Source of the DNA: Trichoplax adhaerens | Lineage: Eukaryota; Animalia; Placozoa | Assembly: GCF_000150275.1 (NCBI RefSeq) | Contig: NW_002060950.1 | Span: forward strand, 2,344,106 to 2,408,105 | Direction: 5' to 3' | Length of the DNA: 64,000 nt | Shown: positions 13,201 through 25,960 of the stretch, piece after piece | How positions within the stretch are numbered: position 1 is the first letter of the stretch | Layout of the letters: each line of letters opens with the position of its first letter | Position numbers and translations under genes: made by a program | The notes under the pieces: generated by a model | Told to the model about the DNA's origin: nothing | Databases searched by the model: none | What the model saw: the letters and a program-made list of their open reading frames with translations, nothing else

Positions 13201-16200
13201 CTCAATCTTTACAGTTAAAACTAACTACGGATATTTTTTATCTGCTACCTGCAGTTTGTGGTGTAGCCCTTGTTAATGCCGGCTATTTCAGTCAAGGCGA
13301 GGATTATTATTGTGTCTATGATTACCATCGTATTTATGGCACCAGATGCAATTTTTGTGGTGGTTTTATCGAAGGTGAAGCGATTAAATGTGCTGGAGAA
13401 GCCTTTCATAAAAGATGCTTCGATCAAAAAGCAAATCGGTAAATTGGATGCTAAGTGTGTATCACGGTTTATCAAATGATCACATTGTTTGATATGTAAT
13501 AATATTTCTACAATATGGTATCAAACTAACCTTGAATAAGCCATTTAATAGCTTGAACTACTTTTGATAGAAATATTAATCATATCTGTTGTTTCGTATC
13601 ATTTCAGATCTTTACCATCTGCTACTAATGATAAATCTCCTAATAAATTGCAATCACGATCGCCATCTTCAACAAAATCAAGCGAAAATATCATATATCC
13701 AAGTAAATTGAAATTAAAAATTAATGAAAGTAAAGTAAAGTTCATTATTTAAATTATTTATTGTTTATCTCGTGAAACATAATTTAGAATGCGGTGGTTG
13801 CAAACAAGAAATTCGCGGCGGTCAAGCATTAATCGCTCTAGATCAACAGTGGCATACCTGGTGTTTTACATGCAATCGATGTGGAAAGCAATTATCAGGC
13901 GAATACTTAGGAAGGTATAAATAAACTCATTATTAACGATACAATGTCATCGGGGGATTAGCTTGGTTATGCATGTGCTTGTAGATGTGCTTGTAGATGT
14001 GCTTGTTCAGTACTATAAAGTGCCTGTTTTTCTGTGGAAATAACCTTTAGTGTTGCTTCTGATGCTAAATCATATCTAATTTGACTAATGCAGAGACGGC
14101 ATTCCATTATGTGAAGACGATTATCTGAAATTATATGGTATTATTTGTGCTGGGTGCGGTCATTATATCGTCGGCAAATTTCTTGAGGTAGGTCTATATT
14201 TAGTAATACTGCATTATTTGAGATCACATTAATAATATCTCTGAAAGTAAGTTGAATTATCGTGATGATATATTATTTTAAAGCATGCTTTAAATCAGAT
14301 GGCTTTATTTTATATTGTCAAAATCGTATATTTATTTAAGGTTGGAGAAAGAAATTTTCATTCTGAATGTGCTCATTGCGTTCATTGCACTGAAACATTT
14401 CGTGAGGGACAAGAAATCTTGATCTATAAGGACGATTTATTTCACTCTTCTTGCCTAAAATCAAGTGCTTTGGTAAGGTCTTAGCGGACTTAAATCTTAG
14501 CAAGGCTATCAAGTCTCAAATAGTACTGTAAATTCAACATAAAATATCGCATTTCAACCCCATGGTACCTATGAATCCCTAAGTAACATATTAGATATAA
14601 TTATTAATATAGCAGATTAAAGTATTGCCCATGATGACATTGATAGATTTAAAATTGCTAATTCAAATTATAGAGAAATTCTACGTCATCAACTTCCAGT
14701 AGCAAGAATGAAGGTAAGCAAAATAATACTTATGATGCTAATTCCGAAAGTTTTTATTTATAAGTCATTACCGCTATAATATTCTAAATAAATTTATATA
14801 CGTACAAGCATCAAATAGATCCTAGTAATATATCAGTAGCGAGATAGATTTAGAGTTGAAATAGTTTTAGGAAACAATTAGTACAAGACTTGAATAATCA
14901 TACTCGCATACGTATGAATAACGATCGCAGTGAAAGCTCTTTAAACTAATCTCTGAGAAAAATAAAGTAAATCTGAAGCAACCTTACTCTTTAATAATAA
15001 AAGCATAACCTCCTTTGATGGTTAAATTTATAGATGATGTTGTTAAAGGAAATAATCGTAGTCCGATGTCAAAAAATCTATTCCATGAAGAACCATCTCG
15101 GCAGAAATCACCAAGTAAAGAAAACTTAGCAACGGATTCGGCTTCAGACGCTATCGCTCCAACAGATTCAAACCACAATGACCTATTTCGTAAACCAACA
15201 ACTCTCAATAGCTCATATTCAATCGGGCCATCTCAGCAAAACCCTGCTCAAATGCAACGTAATGCTAATATCACTTCCCAAAGACAGCCAAGTTTAAATC
15301 AGCGAGATTTCAATCATAATAATGGCTTTACTCATGAACTACCAACAGGCTCAGGATATTCTTATAGGAAATCATCACCTAATAATTCAATTCACCGAGA
15401 TTCAACTCATCAGTATTTTAATTTTAGAGAAACAGCACAAAATAATAGCAACTCCCCAAAAATATATAACCGGCGTCCACATAATGAGGGCCATAGTAAA
15501 GCAGAAGTAAATAGTAATATTTCGCATCAAAAGCAGCCTTCTCAATGGCAGCAACAAAGCAATGATGATACCGTATATCAAAGTCCAATGCAGCAGAGCT
15601 CGTTCGGTAAAGTTTCAACTCGTAATGAGCCCATGGATGAAAATGTATTTCGTAAACGCCCAACGCAGACAGTACCTTACCAACCAAAGGCACCCGCTAG
15701 TAAAAGGATCATTCAGCAAAATTCGAATCTCCAAGAATCAGTCCCTAATAATATATCTCACCTAGAGTCTAATCATAAAACACAAGCTTATCAGAATTCT
15801 TCTTTGATATCAGGAACCGCATATCAGGCAAATAAGAGTGCATTTCGTAAATATAGACCTGACCAATCAAAGGTAACTAGCTCTTCTAATAACTATAACT
15901 TACGATCAAACTATGAGCATGATAACGATTTGTCATACTCGAATCCAAATCGGCATATGATTAGTAAAAGTTTACTAGATGAATCGAACAAAAACCATTA
16001 TCGACAAGATAGCGAGCTAGGACATCGATATTCGGTTGCCGTAGAAGAGGATCGGGTAAATAATATGTTGGAACACTTAGATCTACATTCTGGCCGAGGC
16101 TCACCAAGATCGAACAAGTCATCGTCGCATATATCACGTTCAAAGTCCATGACCATGCTTAAATCGCCTTACATAAACAAGGCTAATGAGCAGCATCGTA

Positions 16201-16262
16201 TTAGATCACAGTCGTCTGCAATGACAAAACCAAATTTCAGCTCAAACTACAATCGCCTGTAA
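10289..16262 (+). CDS. abLIM/UNC-115-like LIM-domain protein, copy A (~678 aa; 3.5 LIM domains plus long S/N/Q-rich tail; no villin headpiece seen)
   Basis: Exons 10289-10424, 13255-13438, 13608-13702, 13788-13914, 14094-14187, 14341-14472, 14674-14713, 15034-16262 (2037 nt, all phases consistent). LIM1: CRKCGRPCSGETLKVANDFFHSKCFTCKVC...YYCVYDY. LIM3: CGGCKQEIRGGQALIALDQQWHTWCFTCNRCGKQLSGEYLGRDGIPLCEDDY. LIM4: CAGCGHYIVGKFLEVGERNFHSECAHCVHCTETFREGQE...HSSC. These closely follow the abLIM LIM3/LIM4 pattern. Confidence 0.85.
12093..12122. repeat. 13 bp direct tandem duplication in intron 1 of LIM gene A
   Basis: TGTCAAATATCAT TGTCAAATATCAT TGTC. Confidence 0.8.
13973..14006. repeat. 12 bp minisatellite, ~2.8 copies, intronic
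   Basis: ATGTGCTTGTAG ATGTGCTTGTAG ATGTGCTTGT. Confidence 0.85.
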
Positions 16263-19200
16263 ATTTTTCATGCCATTAAAAGTTAGCAAGCACGTTTTAT
16301 TAGATCATGGCCGACTTCATGGCCATCTGTTTCAAACCTTATCTAATAGGTCAAATTTCATTGATTTAAAAAAGAAAGGAAAAATAAAAATATGCCAGGA
16401 TATCATCGTTATTTTTCCATTAGTGAAGTATACTAGTATCACGAGCTCCAATGCTATGTGAGTCTTTTTGAATATATAAATTGGCTAAGAAACATTTAAC
16501 TCTCTTAACAAAGTATGGTTGAAGTTGTTTGGAGTACCATACACTATTATCACTAAAATGCTGCATTGTAATAAGCGAGTTTGACTATATTGAACGTGAG
16601 ATTAGGCAGTAAGAGTAATTTAAAATTTTACTGCACCTAAACTGGACGACTTAGATTCAGCTTTCTCTATTTCGTGAATCGTATCAATCTAAAGAAGAGC
16701 AAGAAAATATTGGATTATCACATCGCTATTTGAAATTGTCAATAAACAAATTTATTACTGTACTGATTGACCATCGATAATACCATGCTGTATCTAAGAA
16801 TTATCTATCACGTAATATTACTGATATGCAATTGTAAACGTAAGGTATTTACCATGGTACTTACTATCAATATGGTAGGGCTTAGAGTTCAAAAATTTAA
16901 GCGTACGTGTATTGGATAAATTTTTAAAACATTTTGATAAATCCACGAACCTTAACATTGTATATAGCAATAACGCTAATTGGCTTATTCAGAGATTTCT
17001 TAAAATCTATTTAATATATTTGAACAGTTAAACTACGGTCTCCTCGGTTATTTATTTATTAATAGGAAATAATATAAAATGCAATTATAAAACCAGTAAA
17101 AATGTAGCACTTGGTTTTAGTAAGCCTTTTATGACTTGATTTTATTTTTAATTCTTTATTACATTTTTATACAGTTCTATGCCTATCTATTTCTGAAATA
17201 AAATAATAACTAATAATGCTTTCCTAGCATTCGAAAAGATTCTCTTTTAATTAATTAATAAATAGATTGCTTGTTTGCAAGTGTAGAAACCATCAACTCT
17301 TAACAGCCGCTAACGATTGTACATATTTGATTCGTACACTTCCATTTTCTATAAAGTATTATCACCCGATTGATAAACTAAAGCTGTTGAATAATCGAAA
17401 AAGGTTCTGCTTTAGAATTAGTTCCTACTGATGCAGTCGTTTGCAGTACTTTTACATTGATAAAAAAGATATTATTTAATACAATTACCTCGTAGAAGGA
17501 AGCTTTTTTAATATCTAATTATTTTAATTTTATTAAGTGATATATTCAACTCGTAAAAGACAAATTCAGCGATTCTCTACATTCAATTCAATAGAATCAA
17601 ATTGGTCAGCTATTACCGATAGTAAAATTATTTCCAATCTTAGCCGTAACATACATACTATATAGGATAAAGACAACGCGGTAAATAGATATTAGGCCTA
17701 TACTACCAATTACAAGAACGGATTTTTTAGCCTTTATCAGTTCTTTTATTGTAGTCTATAAAAATTTCACAGCCATGTCCTCTTATATCAATCTAACTAG
17801 GTGTCATAAATCTGATGCTTAAAACTAGCAGCATTCGTACTGGTAATCCTACATATTTCTACTGCCTAAAGTAGCAGCCCAACTTTTAAACAATCAGTTA
17901 AATTATGGTCAAATTTCGTAAACATCAATTATCGTTAATTGTTTACTAATATAACATATGCAATTATCTATATAAATATGTAAAAAATTTTAGGCAAGGC
18001 GATTGTTGGCAAAATCATAAAGTTGATATCTGATGATGCTTATGATACGATTTCTAAGCAACAGTTGCTAATACTATCTCAGTTTGCTGAATTAAAGATA
18101 AAGATATTAAACATTTACGGTATTATTCCATTTGAAGAAATGATAGGATTAAGTAGCGAATAAAAGAGTAAATGTATCATTATTATTTGGACATCGATAT
18201 ACGTAGTATTATTATGATAATACTATTATCCGGTAAATAAGTAGTCCAGTAAATTTTGTCAATATCAAAAATATTTGCTAAGATACTCTACGCCTTTTTA
18301 GATCGATAAAGATAGCTGAAGCTAAATCACTTAAGACTGGATATATCTGAAATTTGTCATTATTTACTGATTGATTGATAACAGAGCAAACGGTATTAAT
18401 ACTAGAAATTTCCTGGTTCAATCATATATTGTAGTTAATAGTTAAGAGACTAGAATTAGATCATATTTATAAATAAACTAGTAGATGTTAAATTCACCTA
18501 TGGTGAAACTTTCAATAAACTCATCTTTTCCAATAACGAGAATGGGTTTGCAAAGTTAAGCTGTCACTAAAATACCTGTATTTGACTGCTATCAATCTCT
18601 CAACTAACCCAGACATTGCTCGTTATGATATTCGGGATAAAAAATTGATTGTTAATTTGAAATCATAATATCATATTTATTATAACTATGGTTTGTTACC
18701 GTTTTGTTCCGGTGTTGAAAATGCAGTAGTTGTACAGCAGATTCCTTATAACTTCGATCCGTGACTGGTTTAAAACTGTATCGAAAAGCGGTTACAGGCT
18801 TTACTAACAAATGATAAGTAAGGATTAGTAATCTGGAGATATCGACTCATATTACAAAATAAAGACTGCTAGGTATATATTAAAAACTTTATTCTCAGCT
18901 ATCTGGTCTAATAAGGTGTAAACTTTTATCTCATTGATTTGCTGACGGGAAATAAAAATCGCAGGGATGTTAGCTAGAGATTGATAGAAGTTGTGCTTGT
19001 ATTAAAACATTTCACATAAATATAGAATTTCTAATTGAATTTCTTAAATATTTTGGGTCATAATTTTGATAGAAACTTTAACTCTTTATTACTCCTTTAC
19101 GTAAAAGTTTCGTTTTTAATATTAGAAGTTTCATTAGTATGCTAGTGTTAACGATATATAGGCAGAAACATGCATATAATGATATATATACTTTTAATCT

Positions 19201-20357
19201 ACACTTAGAGTGAAGTTTGTTCTGAGCTACTAAGTCAAATTTCGTATATCGCTCATCGGGTAAGTTTAGAATTATAAACCGAGTGATATTGATTCATACA
19301 TTGGACTGCTAATAATCGGACCTATGAATGTATGATAATTGGTTGTTTAACGAAATAAGCCTGATAACTTATTACAATTCATCTATGTCCTAAATAAATA
19401 ACAAACTGAATTATGAAAAATTATTCCTTTATCTTTAAATATCAGTCTCATTAGATACGACAGCAAAAGTTACAGTATAAGTTATTCATATCTTTCACTT
19501 AAATAGTTAAGGTAACTTAGCACATGTTGACTGAACTTATCATAAACAGTACTGGTTGCCAAAGTTTCAAGATAACATTACTTCAACATAAAGAAAATAA
19601 GAGAGGATTATTATAAAGGTAGATAGATAATTGACGTCATATAACGTCACAATCTAGTACTCACTACTCATTGTTATTCAAATAGATATACTTATTAATT
19701 AATAGCTTAGAATTACAGTATCACAGTCAAAATTAACTAGAAATTTAATAGAAGAACCCTTCTGATTATGAAACAATGTAAAACTTGATCCTTGCCTGAT
19801 GCTAATTTCATCAATATAAAATAGTATAGGCAATAAATTTATTTTTAATTATGTATTCCGTCTACAAATTTAATTGATTATTGTCTTCGTTCACAGGACT
19901 GTTTTGTTAACAATGAGACTTTGTATTAAAGTACAAGCAGCCTCTAGCTTCAGTACGTAGCTGTTTAGAATGACTTAGGTGATTATACAATAGTAAATTT
20001 ACTAATGATCGGTAATGTCAATATTGTTATTATTCGCAGTACGATCATTTTTATGATAATAATTGAAGCTAGCTTTCATGCATGGCATATCTATTGACAT
20101 AAAATAAAAACAAAATTAGTAACTCTTTTCATTAGTAAACATAATGAGTAGATTAATCTTTATTCTGGATGTTTTTCTACTTGGTTTATTTGGAGTCAGT
20201 AATCGCTAGCAATTCATTTTACTAGGGCTACAGTTCGAGATCCTATATTTTTGTTTTCGTTTTATTCTCATTTTTTGTTTAGATTCTGACAACTAGAGTT
20301 GACGTTGTCGATTACAAATTTACTTACCTAGATCTAGCTTTGACCGCCGATCGTATC

Positions 20358-23300
20358 ATGGGTGTTTTATATCAAAAAAAATTATCTTATCGTCATGGCC
20401 AGCATAAACAGTCTGATAATTCGCCACCGGTAGCAAGTGCTACCGGTCAAGTCTTAAACTTTACTACCACTCCTACTATTAAGCGTAAACAAGGAAATAA
20501 TTACAAAAGTAAGTTAAAGTCGATAAATTTTTTAAAATAATCCTGTATGTTTTCCAAATTGACATTTGATTATCATTAGTCATCGTATTCATTATTGAGG
20601 AAGTATGTATCTCAGTTTCGATACTCTTAGCTCTAAATTGATGCCTTTTATTGCTATTTCCTAAGTTAAAACCTCTCGAAAATATCATTAGCCTTCTTCA
20701 TGATTCTATATATTTTCTCACTACCATAATTTTTCAATTCAGTAGTACTAAATAACGACGGCTATAACATATTTTTATGAAGGTCTATTTTAAGCAGACA
20801 CTTAAAAATTAGCATGTTATCATCTTCTGTAGACACTAAACGCATTGCATTAAACTCATTCTTAGAAATATTGTTAATTGTTTGAAAATTGTCTGTAGAT
20901 TTGTTCTTGTCAACTTTTCAACATTTTCCATGAAATTTCTTGATACCATTCGTCTCGTATACGTTATTGTAATTCTTGGAGACTATTCCGTTCTAGCAGA
21001 GTTCTCGAAATTGAAAGTTCCATTCGTTTCTTTACCCTAATTAAATATTATTGATTTATATAATGCCCGGATATCTAATAGCTTGTTATATTGTATGCCC
21101 TTATATAATCCATTTTATTTCATCCTTGACAATGCTGCTTGCTAATGCAGTGCTTGTTCAGCTCATAGGATCATTACGACATCATTAGCAGTTTTTAAAT
21201 GTTCTATTTGGATGAAGAAGCAATTAATTTCATACTATAACCGTAAATATCATGTTGTTCAAACATCTAATAATGATTAACATCAATTGGCTTAATGAAA
21301 CCAAGACATTCATCAGGCTCATCGAGCCGATCATAAAACACTCGGCCCAAAGCTTACAGTGATTGCAAGAATCCGTCTGCTCACATTCTAGTAAATATAG
21401 AAACCATTCCATTATATGGTCGTTGCTCCATCTGCTCTCTTAGATCATAACTTAATTTTGATAGTGGATAAATAGTCTTCCATATATCTTTTCATAAATA
21501 AAATGCTAGTTATTTGAATTTGTCATTAGGGCTATAATATTTCAATTAAATGACTATTCTTTAAACCATTTTCATGCCCATGAGTAATTCAGAAATTCGT
21601 ACTTATCATACTACAAAAGCAATTATGCGATAACCTTAAGATCAGTACCTTATAAAATTTGATGTGCTATAAATCATGCTTCTCTTTTGCACATTTTCAT
21701 ATATCTCTTTAAGTATTCCCCTTATTTGATTGTTGCTTTGTAGAGGTCAGCAGAATTACAGCTACCCCAGAGATTTCATTGCAATTTATTGCTATAAGTA
21801 ATCAATATTATTTAAAAAAGTAAAACCACAGCTGCAACTTTTGATTTGCATATCTCAATCTTCATATGCTAAAATATTTTTGAAACAAGATCATACGTAC
21901 TATAAAGAAATCGATTCTCAGATCGAGTAAGATTAGGTACAAAAATTGACAGAGGTATTTTTATATCATGTCCTTGTTCCAAAAGTTTGATCGCAATTGT
22001 CTCTAGCCACTATATGGCGAACCAAAAATATAAAATTAGTAGATATCCAGTTATTTATATTTCATTTCTTCATTTATGATTTAAGGAACTGGCCGATTAG
22101 TTACCATTAATGTCGGCTATTATGCGAAAAATGAGGACCAATATTATACATATCGTATGTGCCACCCTGAAACAAAGGAATTATGCTTTTACTGTCATGA
22201 ATATCTCGAAAATCAGGCTGTTGAGATGAATAAGAACAGATATCATCTGGAATGCTTCGATGAGTATATACTGAGGTAATTAAAATATTTAATCCAACCG
22301 TAACATTTGTTGTCCAAAATTATATAATTACAATCAGTCGAGTTAATTTCTCATAAACGTTATTCTTCTTGATTGGAATAGGTCGTATAAATATAATAAT
22401 AAAAATTACATCCACGTTCGTATATTAATTAGCTATGAGATTATTTTAGCTTAACTTCTCTAGTATAGAGGGCTAAATCTAAGTCAAAAATTATACTTCA
22501 CCTTATTAGTAAATAATGTCATCATCATATAAAACGCAATAGAAAAAATATTTTCCAAGAAAATACTTCTAAACATATTCACTTTTATTCATCTTCCAAG
22601 GACCCCTATCTCCGTATAATGTAATTATGATTTATGATTTATATTACTAATAATTTATAAAACTCCAGAGCTAATAAGAAATCGCGATTAAAATTACTGT
22701 AATGATTAATGTAGAAAGTTTACTAACTATAGATAAGGAATTTGATTAGATGAATGAAATAAAACAAATGTTGAATATGAATGATATAATTATTGACGGC
22801 TTCTTCGAGCATATATAAAGCAGAAGTTGATCAGCATTAGTAAAGAAGCTATTTCTAACAATATTCTACTCAAACAATGATGACAGGAAATAAGTTAGAT
22901 GGCCAATATTATTGACTTCCGCGAAATTAATTATGTAGATTTATGGTTTTTATGCATTTTGTAGTAAAATATCAGACGGACTTCAGACTACGGCCAGTTC
23001 TGATCAAAAATCCGACACGGTTTCTTCCATGGACTACGTAATGAAAAATTTTTTGTCAAGTATGTATTTTTGCTTTACGACGTACATAGCTATTGCTAAT
23101 TCTCCTTTTTCTTTAGCATAAATTATTATTAATAATGTCATACAGTCTAGGTAATGTAGTTATAATTTAAATGGTGAAAATTTTAATAACGCTGCTATAA
23201 GCAATATTCAGACTGCTACAGAATTGTACTGATAGAATGTTTAGGACTCCTCTAAATGACGCTTGCTACAGTGCTAACTAGTCGTTTCGAATAAGCATAC

Positions 23301-25960
23301 GCGTACCTATGATTATAGTGTCTTCAAGTATTGTTAATATTCATTACCAATCATCAACAGAATGTGGCGGCTGTCAAAAAGAAATTGAAGATTATCATGG
23401 AATATTCGCCCTAGAACAGCAATGGCATCCTTCCTGCTTTAAATGCCATCATTGCGGCAAACTGCTAAATGAAGATTATGCTGGAAGGTAAAATGAACAT
23501 AATGCATTTTATGTTGCTGATACAAGAGTTGATGTTAACTTAGACTACAAAATGGAATCTATAACGTGACACTAGAGAAAATAATTATTTAAAAAAATTT
23601 TAAACTCGTAATTCGCCATTAAAGGATTAATTGTCGAAGTATTTTATCATAGCCAGTATAATACACGATAGAAATGTTAAACCTCTAAACTTACTATCTT
23701 TCGTTGTAATAATCCCAGCTGCACACCTTATAGTATATTACTACGTAGCCTCTGTGTGAGGTACATAGTCAGTTATCATATTCTTGCACCATTAATAAAT
23801 TCAATTGTATCTAGCTAATGTAATTCGAAAAATAAGAAATATATACTATAGTATGTATCGTCAAAGTAGATCATTACTTGTTTCCATCTCCAACTTGAGT
23901 TAAGAAAAGAAATTCGACTATTATCTTAGAAGTTCGGTAGTAAGCACCTTACAATCACTGTAGATGCGATGCATTTAATTCCAGCAGTTATCATTTACTT
24001 CAAGAAATGCTTTAATTTTTCAAATACGATAATTAAGATTTACTTTAATTGCTGTTTATATTATTCTCAATTTTTGTTTAACGCGGTTTATAATTATTAA
24101 ATATACTGTTATATGAATTCTTTAATGATCGATCAAATGTGGCTGTGTAATGAATCCATGACAGAAATCGCAAGCCTTATTGCTTGGATGATTTTCGGCA
24201 GCTATTTGGTGTATTCTGTACTGGGTGCCAGCATTACATTGATGGAGAATTTCTTGAGGTAGGATTGATGTAGGAGATCTATTAGTGGCCGCCTAAAACA
24301 AATACGGTATTATTTCTGAGCTACATTATCCTTCTAATATGATCATGAATAAAGAGGTCATTGTTAAATAAATTATCACCCTTTATTTGCCCACCAATTT
24401 ACATCGGGCGATATATTATCAATAGATAACAATATTTGCGTGGCTTAACAGAATTACTATAGCAAAGACTGTGGCTTTATTGAATAATCGAAAAATCAAA
24501 AAAATTATTACCGTAGCGTAGAAATTTCCAACAGGCGTTACTTAATCATTAGCGGTTAATGTAATTCATTTGATATGATTTTATTAGATTGGCGAGAACA
24601 ACTTTCATACAGCCTGCGCCGTCTGCATAAAATGTAAAAAACCTTTTCTCGAGGAAATTGAAGCTGTTGTTATCAACGATAAATTATGGCATAAAGAATG
24701 CCAATACCTTGAAGGTAACTATTTTATAGGATTTAATGTTATGCTTCTATTTATGTCAGAAATTATTACAATATGTTAACTAGTTTCGAATCCATCTAGA
24801 TGACGATACTAAACGTTCATTACCGACGGCTACGCGTGCAGAAGTCTCGTCTAAATTAGAGAGTCCTGCTAGTCCAATCAGTAAACCAACCTTTACGAAT
24901 TTGGTTGTGCTAAGATGTGCAAGTACCGAACAATTGCAAAATATTGGTCAGCGAGGGCGTACCTATAGTGATTCCGCTGCTTTCAGTGACATTCAAAATC
25001 CAAGTCGTTGCCGAACAGTAACTATTAACGGCCGCGTAATGCTAGGCAACAGAGATGGTTCTTGCAGTCCTTCTAGTTCACTGCCTGATCGTCAGATAAG
25101 TCATAGGAGAAACAGAATTTCAGATCCAGTTTCATCGACATCGCTGGTAGAAGCTATAGCTACACCACCATCCAGGAGGAGGCTGCATAGTGCCACCACC
25201 AGCTCAACTAGCAGCGCCGTAAAAACTAGTCTAATTCTGCACAAAGGCAATTTCAGTAACAGCAAGAGTCAGGTTCCAACATTACAATCTAGCCCTTTGA
25301 GTCAGCGAAAAACTAGTATGTATCTAGATTGATTTTAAAATTTTTAATAAATAATTAATTAAATAAAAATTACATCATTTACTTTTACCTAATTGACTTT
25401 CATGATTGCTAACATAAATTACTCCTACACTTCTATTGCCAGTTTAAGATTTCGTATCGATTCGGTTTTAAAGTTTTTTTATTGTATTTAAATTTACATC
25501 TCCCTGCGGATCATTATTTTGATTATAATATCGGATAGTCAGCTTGCAAACTATGCAATACATCAAGATTGAGTGTAGTAATTCTCAAATCGTTACCATT
25601 ATGCTGATTCTGACAAGTATCTTGTTAATGTTTGGTATATCTAGAAACAAGTAGTGAAAAGATTTTAAATATTGCAAGTCAATCAATTTTAAAATAAAGT
25701 ATTTTCCCTAAAAATTTTATTCTCGTGTTATCGTAGTTGCAATTTGTTCTGTTGATGGTTAAATAATTTTGTATAATATGTAAAGTGTGTTTCCGATATA
25801 GGTAACAATTAACTTAATTGTGCTTCAACTAATTTTCTTAGGTGAAACAATCACTTCCTGCATAACTCATAAAAAACATATCACTATTTCACGGAAAGGT
25901 GCCTCTTTACCAGCAATCACACGACCCAGCGCAACCATAGTACATCAAGATTCAAAATAG
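20358..25960 (+). CDS. abLIM-like LIM-domain protein, copy B (~472 aa; LIM1 lost, half LIM2, intact LIM3 and LIM4, Ser/Arg-rich tail)
   Basis: Exons 20358-20508, 22086-22275, 22965-23059, 23361-23487, 24165-24258, 24588-24714, 24800-25315, 25842-25960 (1419 nt, open throughout). LIM3: CGGCQKEIEDYHGIFALEQQWHPSCFKCHHCGKLLNEDYAGRNRKPYCLDDF. LIM4: CTGCQHYIDGEFLEIGENNFHTACAVCIKCKKPF...WHKEC. First and last exons are less certain. Confidence 0.8.

Noticed and set aside
13245-13479. Listed ORFs 13245-13475 (-) and 13270-13479 (+)
   Set aside because: The real exon (13255-13438) uses a different + frame encoding LIM zinc fingers.
14984-16143. Several small ORFs overlapping the 15034-16262 exon
   Set aside because: Antisense or off-frame by-products of the long exon.
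17994-18163. Open frame after a TTTTAG (AIVGKIIKLISDDAY...) as a possible villin-headpiece exon for LIM gene A
   Set aside because: No headpiece pattern (no LPxW+ or KK..LF) and composition is unremarkable.
21230-21412. GC-richer patch and 60 aa minus ORF in intron 1 of LIM gene B
   Set aside because: No phase-compatible open exon on + and no recognisable product on -.
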